From a virus (Duplodnaviria; Heunggongvirae; Uroviricota; Caudoviricetes): a DNA stretch of 18,202 nucleotides. Within the stretch, counting starts at the first letter, position 1. The number at the start of each line of letters is the position of its first letter. The stretch covers positions 1-18,202 of IMG/VR virus record IMGVR_UViG_2617270976_000013; one strand, written 5' to 3'. Under the pieces are notes generated by a model. It ran no database searches and was not told where the DNA came from. It was given only the letters and a program-made list of their open reading frames with translations. Below are positions 8,029-15,808 of the stretch, piece after piece. A program made the translations under genes and the position numbers.

Positions 8029-8259
8029 ATGAACCCAGCTATCAAAACAGCGATCAATATCGTTGGTTCACAAAAGAAACTGGGCGCTGCTTGCGAAGTT
8101 TCACAGCAGGCCGTCTATAAGTGGCTTCACAACAAAGCAAAGGTATCCCCTGAACATGTCGGCAGCATTGTTACGGCTACTGGTGGAGTAGTGAAGGCAT
8201 ACCAGATTCGCCCGGATCTTCCGAAGTTGTTTCCACACACCGAAAAGAACGCAGCTTAA
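8029..8259 (+). CDS. cro: Cro-like HTH regulator (YdaS-like)
   Basis: 76-aa product MNPAIKTAINIVGSQKKLGAACEVSQQAVYKWLHNKAKVSPEH...; SD GGAGG 5 nt upstream; divergent from the repressor across the operator region. Confidence 0.85.
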   Translation: MNPAIKTAINIVGSQKKLGAACEVSQQAVYKWLHNKAKVSPEHVGSIVTATGGVVKAYQIRPDLPKLFPHTEKNAA

Positions 8260-8271
8260 ATTTCCATTTCA

Positions 8272-8284
8272 CGCTCTTTAACAA
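8272..8284 (+). promoter_or_regulatory. boxA-like element (nutR-equivalent position)
   Basis: CGCTCTTTAACAA, 12 nt after the cro stop, closely matching the boxA consensus (CGCTCTTTA / rrn TGCTCTTTAACAA); no convincing boxB hairpin follows. Confidence 0.5.
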
Positions 8285-8328
8285 TAAGCAATCAACTTAA
8301 CAGTCAATTCAAACTAAAGGAGTCAATT

Positions 8329-8868
8329 ATGCAACCACTTACATACCAACAGACTAGCGGATTTAGCCCGACTGCGGTGATAAATCGTTCTCAAACAAAA
8401 CAGGTGCCAGGCCACGAAAAGATCCGTGATGCCGTCCGCGCCTGGTCGGCTGTAGATAATCAGGATGTCGTTGCCACACTCATTGTGAATGAGTATCGGG
8501 AGCAGGGCGGCGGCACCATCGATTTCCCTGATGATGTCAGCCGTGCACGCCAGAAGCTGTTCCGCTTCCTCGATAACAAATTCGATTCTGAAAAATACCG
8601 AAATAACGTGCGTGAACTGACCCCGGCAATTCTGGCGGTACTACCGCTGGAATATCGCGGTTACCTGGTTGAGCAGGATAGCTTCATGGCTAGGTTGGCT
8701 GAAATGGAAAAGGAACTCAGTGAGGCAAAACAGGCTGTCATTCTCAACGCACCACGCCACCAGAAACTGAAGGAAATTAGTGAAGGTATTGTGTCGATGT
8801 TTCGTGTGGACCCAGATCTGGCTGGTCCATTGATGGCGATGGTTACTACCATGCTGGGGGCGATATGA
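8329..8868 (+). CDS. CII-position regulator, YdaT-family
   Basis: 179-aa product; segment ARQKLFRFLDNKFDSEKYRNNVRELTPAILAVLP resembles Rac YdaT ARNTQKIFRWVEKDTPDAVEKMQALLPAIEKSMP; strong SD AAGGAG; follows cro as cII does in lambda. Confidence 0.7.
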   Translation: MQPLTYQQTSGFSPTAVINRSQTKQVPGHEKIRDAVRAWSAVDNQDVVATLIVNEYREQGGGTIDFPDDVSRARQKLFRFLDNKFDSEKYRNNVRELTPAILAVLPLEYRGYLVEQDSFMARLAEMEKELSEAKQAVILNAPRHQKLKEISEGIVSMFRVDPDLAGPLMAMVTTMLGAI

Positions 8869-8954
8869 CAGGTTCAGAAATGGCGAAAGCCGGTCTGCTG
8901 GAACAGAACCGACTTTCAGGTGCAAACCGTAACACACTCATTGCGGGAGGAATT

Positions 8955-9560
8955 ATGGCAAACACTGCTGAGATATTCAATTTTCCAGTGCCGGATGTGG
9001 CACAAAAGGAGCCGCGCGTGGCAGATCTCGATGATGGTTATACGCGCATTGCAAATGAGTTGCTGGAAGCTGTGATGCTGGCCGGATTAACACAGCACCA
9101 GCTTCTGGTCTTCCTGGCTGTCATGCGCAAAACATATGGCTTTAATAAAAAACTGGATTGGGTGAGCAACGAGCAACTTTCCGAGTTGACCGGGATATTG
9201 CCGCACAAGTGTTCTGCTGCAAAAAGTGTTCTGGTAAAGCGTGGGATTTTTATTCAGAGCGGGCGGAATATCGGCATTAATAATGTGGTCAGTGAATGGT
9301 CAACATTACCCGAATCAGGTAAGAAAAATAAAGTTTACCTGAAAGAGGTAAATTTACCTGAATCAGGTAAGAAAAGTTTACCCAAATCAGGTAAAGACGT
9401 TTACCCGAATCAGGTAAACACAAAAGACAAACTAACAAAAGACAATATAAAACCTTTTTCGTCCGAGAATTTTGGCGAATCCTCTGACCAGCCAGAAAAC
9501 GATCTTCCTGTGGTGAAACCGGATGCTGCAATTCAGAGCGGCAGCAAGTGGGGGATCTGA
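8955..9560 (+). CDS. O: replication initiator, lambda O-like (N-terminal origin-binding domain)
   Basis: 201-aa product; VADLDDGYTRIANELLEA...LAVMRKTYGFNKK matches lambda O (VADLDDGYARLSNMLLEA...LRKTYGWNK); SD GGGAGG upstream of ATG 8955; contains iterons. Shorter than lambda O. Confidence 0.85.
   Translation: MANTAEIFNFPVPDVAQKEPRVADLDDGYTRIANELLEAVMLAGLTQHQLLVFLAVMRKTYGFNKKLDWVSNEQLSELTGILPHKCSAAKSVLVKRGIFIQSGRNIGINNVVSEWSTLPESGKKNKVYLKEVNLPESGKKSLPKSGKDVYPNQVNTKDKLTKDNIKPFSSENFGESSDQPENDLPVVKPDAAIQSGSKWGI
9306..9418. repeat. origin iterons (ori) inside the O gene
   Basis: Four to five copies of about 18 bp TTTACCYRAATCAGGTAA (starts near 9306, 9333 degenerate, 9353, 9377, 9400), each internally palindromic (ACCTGA-a-TCAGGT), followed by an AT-rich stretch (9418-9462). 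Confidence 0.7.
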
Positions 9561-9609
9561 ATGGAGCGTTAATGATGCAGCGGATATCATCAGGTGCCTA
9601 GTACGGGTG

Positions 9610-9861
9610 ATGGAGATCATCAAGCAGGATAGCCAGCAGAAAGAAGGTAATCAGGCATTAATGTTGAAACAGTACTTTGTTAATCTGCTAATAATGGAAC
9701 TGTACGAGGAAGTTCATAACGGTGATGCGGCTGATTCTGTTTTTAAAAGTACGGAACCTACACAAGTACTTGATAACTTATGGAGCAAATGGCAGGAGGC
9801 TATAGCTATTTTTGATATTTGGAATTACCCAGTTGCGACTGAGGAAGACTTGGCAGACTAA
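9610..9861 (+). CDS. hypothetical protein (84 aa) in the position normally occupied by a helicase loader
   Basis: ORF from ATG 9610 (MEIIKQDSQQKEGNQALMLKQYFVNLLIMELYEE...); no similarity to lambda P or DnaC recognised; start uncertain. Confidence 0.4.
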   Translation: MEIIKQDSQQKEGNQALMLKQYFVNLLIMELYEEVHNGDAADSVFKSTEPTQVLDNLWSKWQEAIAIFDIWNYPVATEEDLAD

Positions 9862-10055
9862 TTTTCAGCACATTTGATTTCCAATAATCAACCAGCCATA
9901 ATCATGCCATTGGAGCCTGAACAACTCCGGTGACTTCTGCGCTAAACGGGGACGTTTATGCGCACATACAATCCAACCTATCTTCTCCATTCACAGATGC
10001 AGAAATGCACCTGCGTTTTTTTGCATCCAACGTTTGACCTCTGCGGAGGTGAAGC

Positions 10056-10511
10056 GTGAACCTCCCACAAGACGGTATCAAATTGCATCGCGGTAACTTC
10101 ACCGCTATCGGTCAGCAGATCCAGTCTTATCTGGAGGACGGCAAATGCTTTCGCATGGTGCTTAAACCGTGGCGCGAAAGACGCAGTCTTTCCCAGAATG
10201 CACTCAGCCACATGTGGTACAGCGAAATCAGCGAGTACCTCATCAGCAGGGGGAAAACGTTCGCTACTGCAGTATGGGTAAAAGATGCACTCAAACACAC
10301 ATACCTCGGTTATGAAACCAAGGACTTGGTTGATGTCGTAACCGGCGAAATCACTACTATCCAGTCGTTACGCCATACCTCCGATCTTGATACCGGAGAG
10401 ATGTATGTCTTCCTGTGTAAGGTTGAAGCCTGGGCGATGAATATTGGCTGCCACCTGACTATTCCGCAGAGCTGCGAGTTCCAGCTGCTGCGCGACAAGC
10501 AGGAGGCGTAA
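10056..10511 (+). CDS. ninB: NinB/Orf-family recombination protein (YbcN-like)
   Basis: 151-aa product with [17 protein letters not shown] motif (lambda NinB RSLDQNRKLWACLGDVS); GTG start with GGAGG 6 nt upstream. Confidence 0.85.
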   Translation: MNLPQDGIKLHRGNFTAIGQQIQSYLEDGKCFRMVLKPWRERRSLSQNALSHMWYSEISEYLISRGKTFATAVWVKDALKHTYLGYETKDLVDVVTGEITTIQSLRHTSDLDTGEMYVFLCKVEAWAMNIGCHLTIPQSCEFQLLRDKQEA

Positions 10512-10681
10512 TGGCTACACCGCTTATTCGGGTCATGAACGGACACATCTACAGAGTACCAAATCGTCGTAAGCGTAAACCGGAGCTGAAGCCTTCCGAA
10601 ATACCAACACTGCTCGGATATACCGCCAGCCTGGTTGATAAAAAATGGTTGCGACTGGCAGCAAGGAGGAATCATGGCTGA
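10511..10681 (+). CDS. ninE: NinE-like small protein
   Basis: 56-aa product [56 protein letters not shown]; SD AGGAGG; TAATG overlap with ninB; below the ORF track cutoff. Confidence 0.65.
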   Translation: MATPLIRVMNGHIYRVPNRRKRKPELKPSEIPTLLGYTASLVDKKWLRLAARRNHG

Positions 10682-10964
10682 TTTGAGAAAAGCAGCGCGT
10701 AGTCGGGAATGCCAGGTAAGAATCCCTGGCGTATGTAATGGCAACCCTGAAACGTCTGTACTGGCACATATCCGGCTGACTGGATTGTGCGGCACCGGTA
10801 CCAAACCGCCAGACCTGATTGCCACCATTGCATGTTCTGCCTGCCACGACGAAATCGACCGCCGCACACATTTTGTCGATGCTGCATATGCAAAAGAATG
10901 CGCGCTGGAAGGTATGGCGAGAACACAGGTTATCTGGCTGAAAGAGGGGGTTATTAAGGCGTGA
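10674..10964 (+). CDS. YbcO-like cysteine-rich protein (DUF1364-type)
   Basis: 96-aa product [34 protein letters not shown]...[11 protein letters not shown] with conserved Cys/His; SD AGGAGGA; same order (ninB-like, ninE, ybcO, rusA) as in the DLP12 prophage. Confidence 0.75.
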   Translation: MADLRKAARSRECQVRIPGVCNGNPETSVLAHIRLTGLCGTGTKPPDLIATIACSACHDEIDRRTHFVDAAYAKECALEGMARTQVIWLKEGVIKA

Positions 10965-11323
10965 ATACCTACAGCATCACATTACCCTGGCCTCCGAGCA
11001 ATAATCGCTATTACCGCCATAATCGCGGGCGCACGCACGTCAGCGCAGAGGGGCAGGCATACCGCGATAACGTCGCCCGAATCATTAAAAACGCAATGCT
11101 GGATATCGGCCTGGCTATGCCTGTGAAAATCCGCATTGAGTGCCACATGCCGGATCGCCGTCGCCGTGACCTGGATAATCTGCAAAAAGCCGCTTTTGAC
11201 GCACTCACTAAAGCAGGTTTCTGGCTGGATGATGCTCAGGTCGTTGATTACCGTGTTGTGAAGATGCCTGTTACCAAAGGTGGGAGGCTGGAACTGACCA
11301 TCACCGAAATGGGGAATGAATGA
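10961..11323 (+). CDS. rusA: Holliday junction resolvase RusA
   Basis: 120-aa product [74 protein letters not shown]... closely matches E. coli RusA; GTGA overlap with the upstream gene. Confidence 0.9.
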   Translation: MNTYSITLPWPPSNNRYYRHNRGRTHVSAEGQAYRDNVARIIKNAMLDIGLAMPVKIRIECHMPDRRRRDLDNLQKAAFDALTKAGFWLDDAQVVDYRVVKMPVTKGGRLELTITEMGNE

Positions 11324-11460
11324 TGTTTGAGTTTTATATGGCAGAACTTCTTCGCCACCGCTGGGGGCATCTGCGCTTATATCGTTTCCCCGGTTCTGTT
11401 TTGACCGATTACCGAATACTGAAGAATTACGCCAAAACCCTGACAGGAGCAGGAGTATGA
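11320..11460 (+). CDS. ylcG: YlcG-like small protein
   Basis: 46-aa product [46 protein letters not shown]; ATGA overlap with the rusA stop. Confidence 0.65.
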   Translation: MMFEFYMAELLRHRWGHLRLYRFPGSVLTDYRILKNYAKTLTGAGV

Positions 11461-11545
11461 AGCCAGAGATAACAATCAACTAATACTGTTTTATTGATTT
11501 TTGCTTGTAATTGGCGTTCTGGTCTGATTTTTGTGGAGTAAGTTG

Positions 11546-11929
11546 ATGCGTGATATTCAGATGGTTCTTGAGCGTTGGGGAGCGTGGGCGGCTAATAATC
11601 ATGAAGATGTGACCTGGTCGTCCATTGCCGCCGGTTTTAAGGGATTAATTCCTTCAAAAGTAAAATCTCGCCCGCAATGTTGTGACGATGACGCGATAAT
11701 CATTTGCGGGTGCATGGCCCGTCTGAAAAAGAACAACAGCGATTTGCACGATTTATTAGTAGATTATTATGTAGTCGGTATGACATTCATGTCACTGGCA
11801 GGTAAGCATTGCTGCTCTGATGGTTATATCGGGAAAAGGTTACAGAAGGCTGAGGGTATAATTGAAGGGATGTTAATGGCATTAGATATCCGGTTAGAGA
11901 TGGATATCGTTGTTAATAACTCTAATTAA
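11546..11929 (+). CDS. late-gene antitermination protein Q (QuuD-like)
   Basis: 127-aa product [60 protein letters not shown]... with the Cys cluster of Q-family antiterminators; SD GGAG upstream. Confidence 0.9.
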   Translation: MRDIQMVLERWGAWAANNHEDVTWSSIAAGFKGLIPSKVKSRPQCCDDDAIIICGCMARLKKNNSDLHDLLVDYYVVGMTFMSLAGKHCCSDGYIGKRLQKAEGIIEGMLMALDIRLEMDIVVNNSN

Positions 11930-11941
11930 TATGCCAATTGT

Positions 11942-11970
11942 TTACTAAAAATTATTAAAAATGGGGCGTT
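11942..11970 (-). terminator. putative intrinsic terminator for the porin gene (minus strand)
   Basis: Stem ggggcg / cgcccc with loop ttgaga (11953-11970); on the minus strand followed by ATTTTTAATAAT. Confidence 0.45.
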
Positions 11971-12117
11971 GAGACGCCCCCAAAAATAAAGGGTAATATA
12001 TAACAGAAGGTTTATATAGTTAGAAGCAAGTTTGTGCTCATAAAGGAAGTGGTTTGAGGGAGCCATTTATATGTGGGGGAGGAAAAGCCCCCCGCAACAT
12101 ATCTTTTAGTAATCAAA

Positions 12118-13200
12118 TTAGAACTGGTAAACCATACCTACAGCAACGATATCATCGGTAGCAACGCCAGATGCTTTCGTGAAATCGCTCTTATCAATCA
12201 GGTTGATTTTGTAATCAACAAAAGTGGACATATTTTTGTTGAAGTAATAGGTTGCACCTACATCAATATATTCAACCAGGTCCTGATCACCCCACGCACC
12301 CAAGTCTTTTCCTTTAGATTGCAGGTAAGCAACGGACGGACGCAGACCGAAGTCGAACTGATATTGTGCAACTACTTCGAAGTTTTGTGCTTTGTTGGCA
12401 ATATGGTTATTACCAAAAACAGTCATGTTCTGGGTTTCAGAATAGGTGGTAGCCAGATAGATGTTGTTCGCATCATATTTCAGACCAGCTGCCCATACTT
12501 CAGCATTTTGACCAGATGCATTCAGGCTGTTGTTACCGTAGATAACCTGATTATTAGTGCGGTCAGATTTAGCATAGGTTGCACCTACACCGAATCCTTC
12601 ATACTCATAAGTAGTGGAGAAACCGAAACCATCACCATTAGCTTCAGTTACGTCAGTGCGGTCATTTTTACCCTGATACTGAGCAGCAAAGTTCAGACCA
12701 TCAACCAGACCAAAGAAGTCATTGTTACGATAAGTTGCAACACCTGTGGTGCGACCAGTCATGAATACATCTGTTTGGGTCCAGGTATCGCCACCGAATT
12801 CTGGCAGAACGTCGGTCCATGCACCAATATCGTATGCTACACCGTAGTTACGGCCATAATCGATGGAGCCGTAGTCACCGAATTTCAGGCCAGCGAAGGC
12901 AAGACGGGTTTTATCTTTGGAGGAACCTTGAGATTCAGCGCGGTTGCCTTTGAATTCATATTCCCACTGACCGAAACCAGTCAGTTGATCGTTGATTTGG
13001 GTTTCACCTTTGAAGCCAAGACGGGCATAAGTAGTATCACCATCATCTGCATCATTAGAGGAGAAGTAGTGCTTAGCATTAACTTTCCCGTACAGATCCA
13101 GCTTGTTACTGTCTTTATTATAAATTTCAGCTGCCTGAGCAGACATCGCCATCAGTACTGATGCAGTTACAGCAGAAATTGCCACTGTTAATTTTTTCAT
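12118..13200 (-). CDS. OmpC/NmpC-family outer-membrane porin (prophage moron)
   Basis: 360-aa product with signal peptide [23 protein letters not shown], Gly/Tyr/Asn-rich beta-barrel composition and C-terminal F (..VGMVYQF); lies between Q and the lysis genes in opposite orientation, as nmpC does in DLP12. Confidence 0.9.
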   Translation of the reverse strand: MKKLTVAISAVTASVLMAMSAQAAEIYNKDSNKLDLYGKVNAKHYFSSNDADDGDTTYARLGFKGETQINDQLTGFGQWEYEFKGNRAESQGSSKDKTRLAFAGLKFGDYGSIDYGRNYGVAYDIGAWTDVLPEFGGDTWTQTDVFMTGRTTGVATYRNNDFFGLVDGLNFAAQYQGKNDRTDVTEANGDGFGFSTTYEYEGFGVGATYAKSDRTNNQVIYGNNSLNASGQNAEVWAAGLKYDANNIYLATTYSETQNMTVFGNNHIANKAQNFEVVAQYQFDFGLRPSVAYLQSKGKDLGAWGDQDLVEYIDVGATYYFNKNMSTFVDYKINLIDKSDFTKASGVATDDIVAVGMVYQF

Positions 13201-13626
13201 CGTGAGCCCTTTTTTTGAACTATTATTAAAAAATGATGTCACTGCGCGATAAATATTCATCTAATCAATGTGATTATTTCAAGATGTAAGTTTTGGTTTC
13301 TCATTTGATTTGTGAAGTAGATCTCTATTTTTATCTGAACTTTTTCTATCGAATCCTATTCATGGCTCTTGGCTGAATAAAAATAAATCTATTAGCCAAT
13401 TTATATTAATGGCTGTTATTTATAAGTGCTCTATAATTTGAAGGTTCAATTTAAATCGGCTAAAAATAACGCTGGAAATTATTTGTTGGTTATTTGTTGA
13501 GATTTGCTTATGTATTTGTAGTGGTGTTTTCAATACTCGGTAGCATTCTCGCAAATATCATTTAGTGGTTTACGTACGTAAAAAATTGGTTATGCTGTTA
13601 AGAGTGGTTACTTCGTCACACAGCTT

Positions 13627-13659
13627 AAACCCGCCGTCGAGCGGGTTTTTCCATTTTTT
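13627..13659 (+). terminator. intrinsic terminator upstream of the lysis cassette
   Basis: Stem aaacccgc / gcgggttt with loop cgtcga, followed by tttttccatttttt on the plus strand, about 110 nt before the holin start. Confidence 0.5.
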
Positions 13660-13771
13660 GAGTCTCGATATTAGCTGATAACCCAATACCTGAGTTATTC
13701 ACTGACTCCGAGTCTGTTACGTTTCGTAGTATTCCCTCAATTTACACCCGCTTTGTCTGCGAGGTGGGGTT

Positions 13772-13987
13772 ATGAAATCCATGGATAAGTTAACAACGGG
13801 TGTCGCCTATGGCACCTCAGCAGGTAGTGCCGGGTACTGGTTTTTACAGCTGCTAGATAAAGTCACGCCCTCACAGTGGGCGGCAATTGGAGTGCTGGGT
13901 AGCCTGGTATTTGGCCTGCTGACGTACCTGACAAACCTTTATTTCAAGATTAAAGAAGATAAGCGCAAGGCTGCGAGAGGTGAATAA
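13772..13987 (+). CDS. S: class II holin (phage 21 S-type pinholin) with dual-start motif
   Basis: 71-aa product [71 protein letters not shown]; two TM helices; Met1 and Met4 (MKSM); SD GAGGTGGGG. Confidence 0.9.
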
Positions 13988-14484
13988 TGCCTCCATCATT
14001 ACGAAAAGCCGTTGCTGCTGCTATTGGTGGCGGAGCAATTGCTATAGCATCAGTGTTAATTACTGGCCCAAGTGGTAACGATGGTCTGGAAGGTGTCAGC
14101 TACATACCATACAAAGATATTGTTGGTGTATGGACTGTATGTCACGGGCATACAGGAAAAGACATCATGCTCGGTAAAACGTATACCAAAGCAGAATGCA
14201 AAGCCCTCCTGAATAAAGACCTTGCCACGGTCGCCAGACAAATTAACCCGTACATAAAAGTTGATATACCGGAAACAACGCGCGGCGCTCTTTACTCGTT
14301 CGTTTACAACGTGGGCGCTGGCAATTTCAGAACATCGACGCTTCTTCGCAAAATAAACCAGGGCGATATCAAAGGCGCATGTGATCAGCTACGTCGCTGG
14401 ACATATGCTGGCGGTAAGCAATGGAAAGGTCTCATGACTCGTCGTGAGATTGAGCGTGAAATCTGTTTGTGGGGTCAGCAATGA
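13987..14484 (+). CDS. R: SAR endolysin (T4-lysozyme-like muramidase with signal-anchor-release domain)
   Basis: 165-aa product; N-terminal Gly/Ala-rich weakly hydrophobic segment [18 protein letters not shown] followed by a Glu, Asp, Thr catalytic spacing ([15 protein letters not shown]); TAATG overlap with the holin. Confidence 0.9.
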   Translation: MPPSLRKAVAAAIGGGAIAIASVLITGPSGNDGLEGVSYIPYKDIVGVWTVCHGHTGKDIMLGKTYTKAECKALLNKDLATVARQINPYIKVDIPETTRGALYSFVYNVGAGNFRTSTLLRKINQGDIKGACDQLRRWTYAGGKQWKGLMTRREIEREICLWGQQ

Positions 14485-14941
14485 ACAGAGTAACCGCGAT
14501 TATCTCCGCTCTGGTTATCTGCATCATCGTCTGCCTGTCATGGGCTGTTAATCATTACCGTGATAACGCCATTACCTACAAAGCCCAGCGCGACAAAAAT
14601 GCCAGAGAACTGAAGCTGGCGAACGCGGCAATTACTGACATGCAGATGCGCCAGCGTGATGTTGCTGCACTGGATGAAAAATACACGAAGGAGTTAGCTA
14701 ATGCGAAAGCTGAAAATGATGCTCTGCGTGATGATGTTGCCGCTGGTCGTCGTCGGTTGCACATCAAAGCAGTCTGTCAGTCAGTGCGTGAAGCCACCAC
14801 CGCCTCCGGCGTGGATAATGCAGCCTCACCCGACTGGCAGACACCGCTGAACGGGATTATTTCACCCTCAGAGAGAGGCTGATCACTATGCAAAAACAAC
14901 TGGAAGGAACCCAGAAGTATATTAATGAGCAGTGCAGATAG
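14481..14941 (+). pseudogene. Rz: Rz (i-spanin) disrupted by a -1 frameshift
   Basis: N-terminal about 113 aa ([45 protein letters not shown]...) is lambda Rz-like, but the frame runs into ...[19 protein letters not shown] (the Rz1 C-terminus) and stops at 14882; the lambda Rz C-terminus [31 protein letters not shown] is in another frame ending at 14941. Confidence 0.7.
14701..14850 (+). pseudogene. Rz1: Rz1 (o-spanin lipoprotein), C-terminally altered by the same frameshift
   Basis: Embedded [52 protein letters not shown] (49 aa) with lipobox VVVGC; lambda Rz1 continues ...[21 protein letters not shown] (60 aa), sequence that here sits in the Rz frame. Confidence 0.6.
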
Positions 14942-14972
14942 AGCTGCCCATATCGATGGGCAACTCATGCAA

Positions 14973-15266
14973 TTATTGTGAGCAATACACACGCGCTTCC
15001 AGCGGAGTATAAATGCCTAAAGTAATAAAACCGAGCAATCCATTTACGAATGTTTGCTGGGTTTCTGTTTTAACAACATTTTCTGCGCCGCCACAAATTT
15101 TGGCTGCATCAACAGTTTTCTCCTGTCCAATTCCCGAAACGAAGAAATGATGGGTGATGGTTTCCTTTGGTGTTACTGCTGTCGGTTTGTTTCCAACAGT
15201 AAACGTCTGTTGAGCACATCCTGTAATAAGCATTGCCAGAGCGGCAGAAAACAACATTTTTTTCAT
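14973..15266 (-). CDS. bor: Bor lipoprotein (serum-resistance moron)
   Basis: 97-aa product MKKMLFSAALAMLITGCAQQTFTVGNKPTAVTPKETITHHFFVSGIGQEKTVDAAKICGGAENVVKTETQQTFVNGLLGFITLGIYTPLEARVYCSQ with lipobox LITGC; matches lambda Bor. Confidence 0.9.
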   Translation of the reverse strand: MKKMLFSAALAMLITGCAQQTFTVGNKPTAVTPKETITHHFFVSGIGQEKTVDAAKICGGAENVVKTETQQTFVNGLLGFITLGIYTPLEARVYCSQ

Positions 15267-15446
15267 CTTATTATCCTGCATTGTTAAAAACGGCAGAATC
15301 CTATGTGACAACAATTAAACGATAGTTAAATGGATTGATGAAAATTAAAACTATATAGGTGTACGGTCAGACTATTGGAGGTAGTCAGGATTTGAATGTC
15401 AGTCTGTTGTCGGCATTCTGGCAATGCAATTTGGATAAAGCGGGGA

Positions 15447-15569
15447 TTAAAAAGATAGAGGCGAGCCGGTCAGGTAGAAATGAATCAGGCTCAAAGTGAA
15501 GCGGAAAAGGTCTGTGGCACAAGCTGATGCAGCCATAATTACAGCCTGATGATTTGTGGAATGAAACAT
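15447..15569 (-). CDS. candidate small hydrophobic ORF (40 aa), unverified
   Basis: ATG at 15569 preceded by GGAGG with a 6-nt spacer; product MFHSTNHQAVIMAASACATDLFRFTLSLIHFYLTGSPLSF; no homolog recognised. Confidence 0.25.
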   Translation of the reverse strand: MFHSTNHQAVIMAASACATDLFRFTLSLIHFYLTGSPLSF

Positions 15570-15649
15570 GTTGAACCTCCTTAATTGATGTTATTCGAGT
15601 GATGAAGGCATTCTGTCCTTCTATAGTGTCCAGTAAATCAAACAGGAAA

Positions 15650-15705
15650 CTTGTCCAACGTGTTGGACAAGCCTCTCCATTAGTGAGTTGTATTGATCAC
15701 AACTC
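15650..15705. repeat. pair of inverted repeats of unknown function
   Basis: cttgtccaac-gt-gttggacaag (15650-15671, perfect 10-bp arms) and gagttgt-attgatc-acaactc (15685-15705, 7-bp arms); lie between bor and the tail-module remnant with no flanking T-run. Confidence 0.6.
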
Positions 15706-15808
15706 TACAAAGAATTCATTACTGGGTAGATGAAAATAGTTTCACGATGAATGGAGGAGGCTATGTCGGTGGCTTCTTCATTGGAGTATCCGCGAATGCC
15801 TGCAATGG

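Noticed and set aside
8865-8954. Upstream start for the O-like gene at 8865
   Set aside because: It overlaps the preceding gene and lacks an SD; the ATG at 8955 has GGGAGG upstream and begins the region homologous to lambda O.
9300-9420. Short repeat array that could be mistaken for a CRISPR array
   Set aside because: Repeats are only about 18 bp with 5 to 9 bp spacers, lie inside the O coding sequence and encode a repeated peptide; this is the iteron architecture of a lambda-type origin.
10310-11479. Several minus-strand ORFs (185, 112, 84, 165 and 65 aa) across the nin region
   Set aside because: All are antisense to the tightly packed plus-strand genes (ninB, ninE, ybcO-like, rusA, ylcG) that have SDs and recognisable products.
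12075-12107. G5/C6 hairpin as a canonical intrinsic terminator
   Set aside because: The stem is good but the T-run on the plus strand is 10 nt away and the minus strand has none; it may still act as a weak terminator or RNA element, so it is mentioned only in a finding.
12073-13161. 362-aa ORF on the plus strand
   Set aside because: Entirely antisense to the well-supported porin gene; low-complexity Ile/Val/Thr-rich translation with no start context. A mirror-frame artefact.
14469-14480. TTG start for Rz at 14469 (ORF track)
   Set aside because: The ATG at 14481 gives the conserved Rz N-terminus and overlaps the endolysin stop in the usual way.
14945-14960. gcccat-atcg-atgggc palindrome between Rz and bor as a terminator
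   Set aside because: No U-run on either strand; more likely a conserved structural or binding element. Not annotated.
15267-15808. A cos site or terminase-proximal sequence after bor
   Set aside because: No cos-like sequence or terminase small-subunit ORF is recognisable; the region leads straight into a baseplate remnant.
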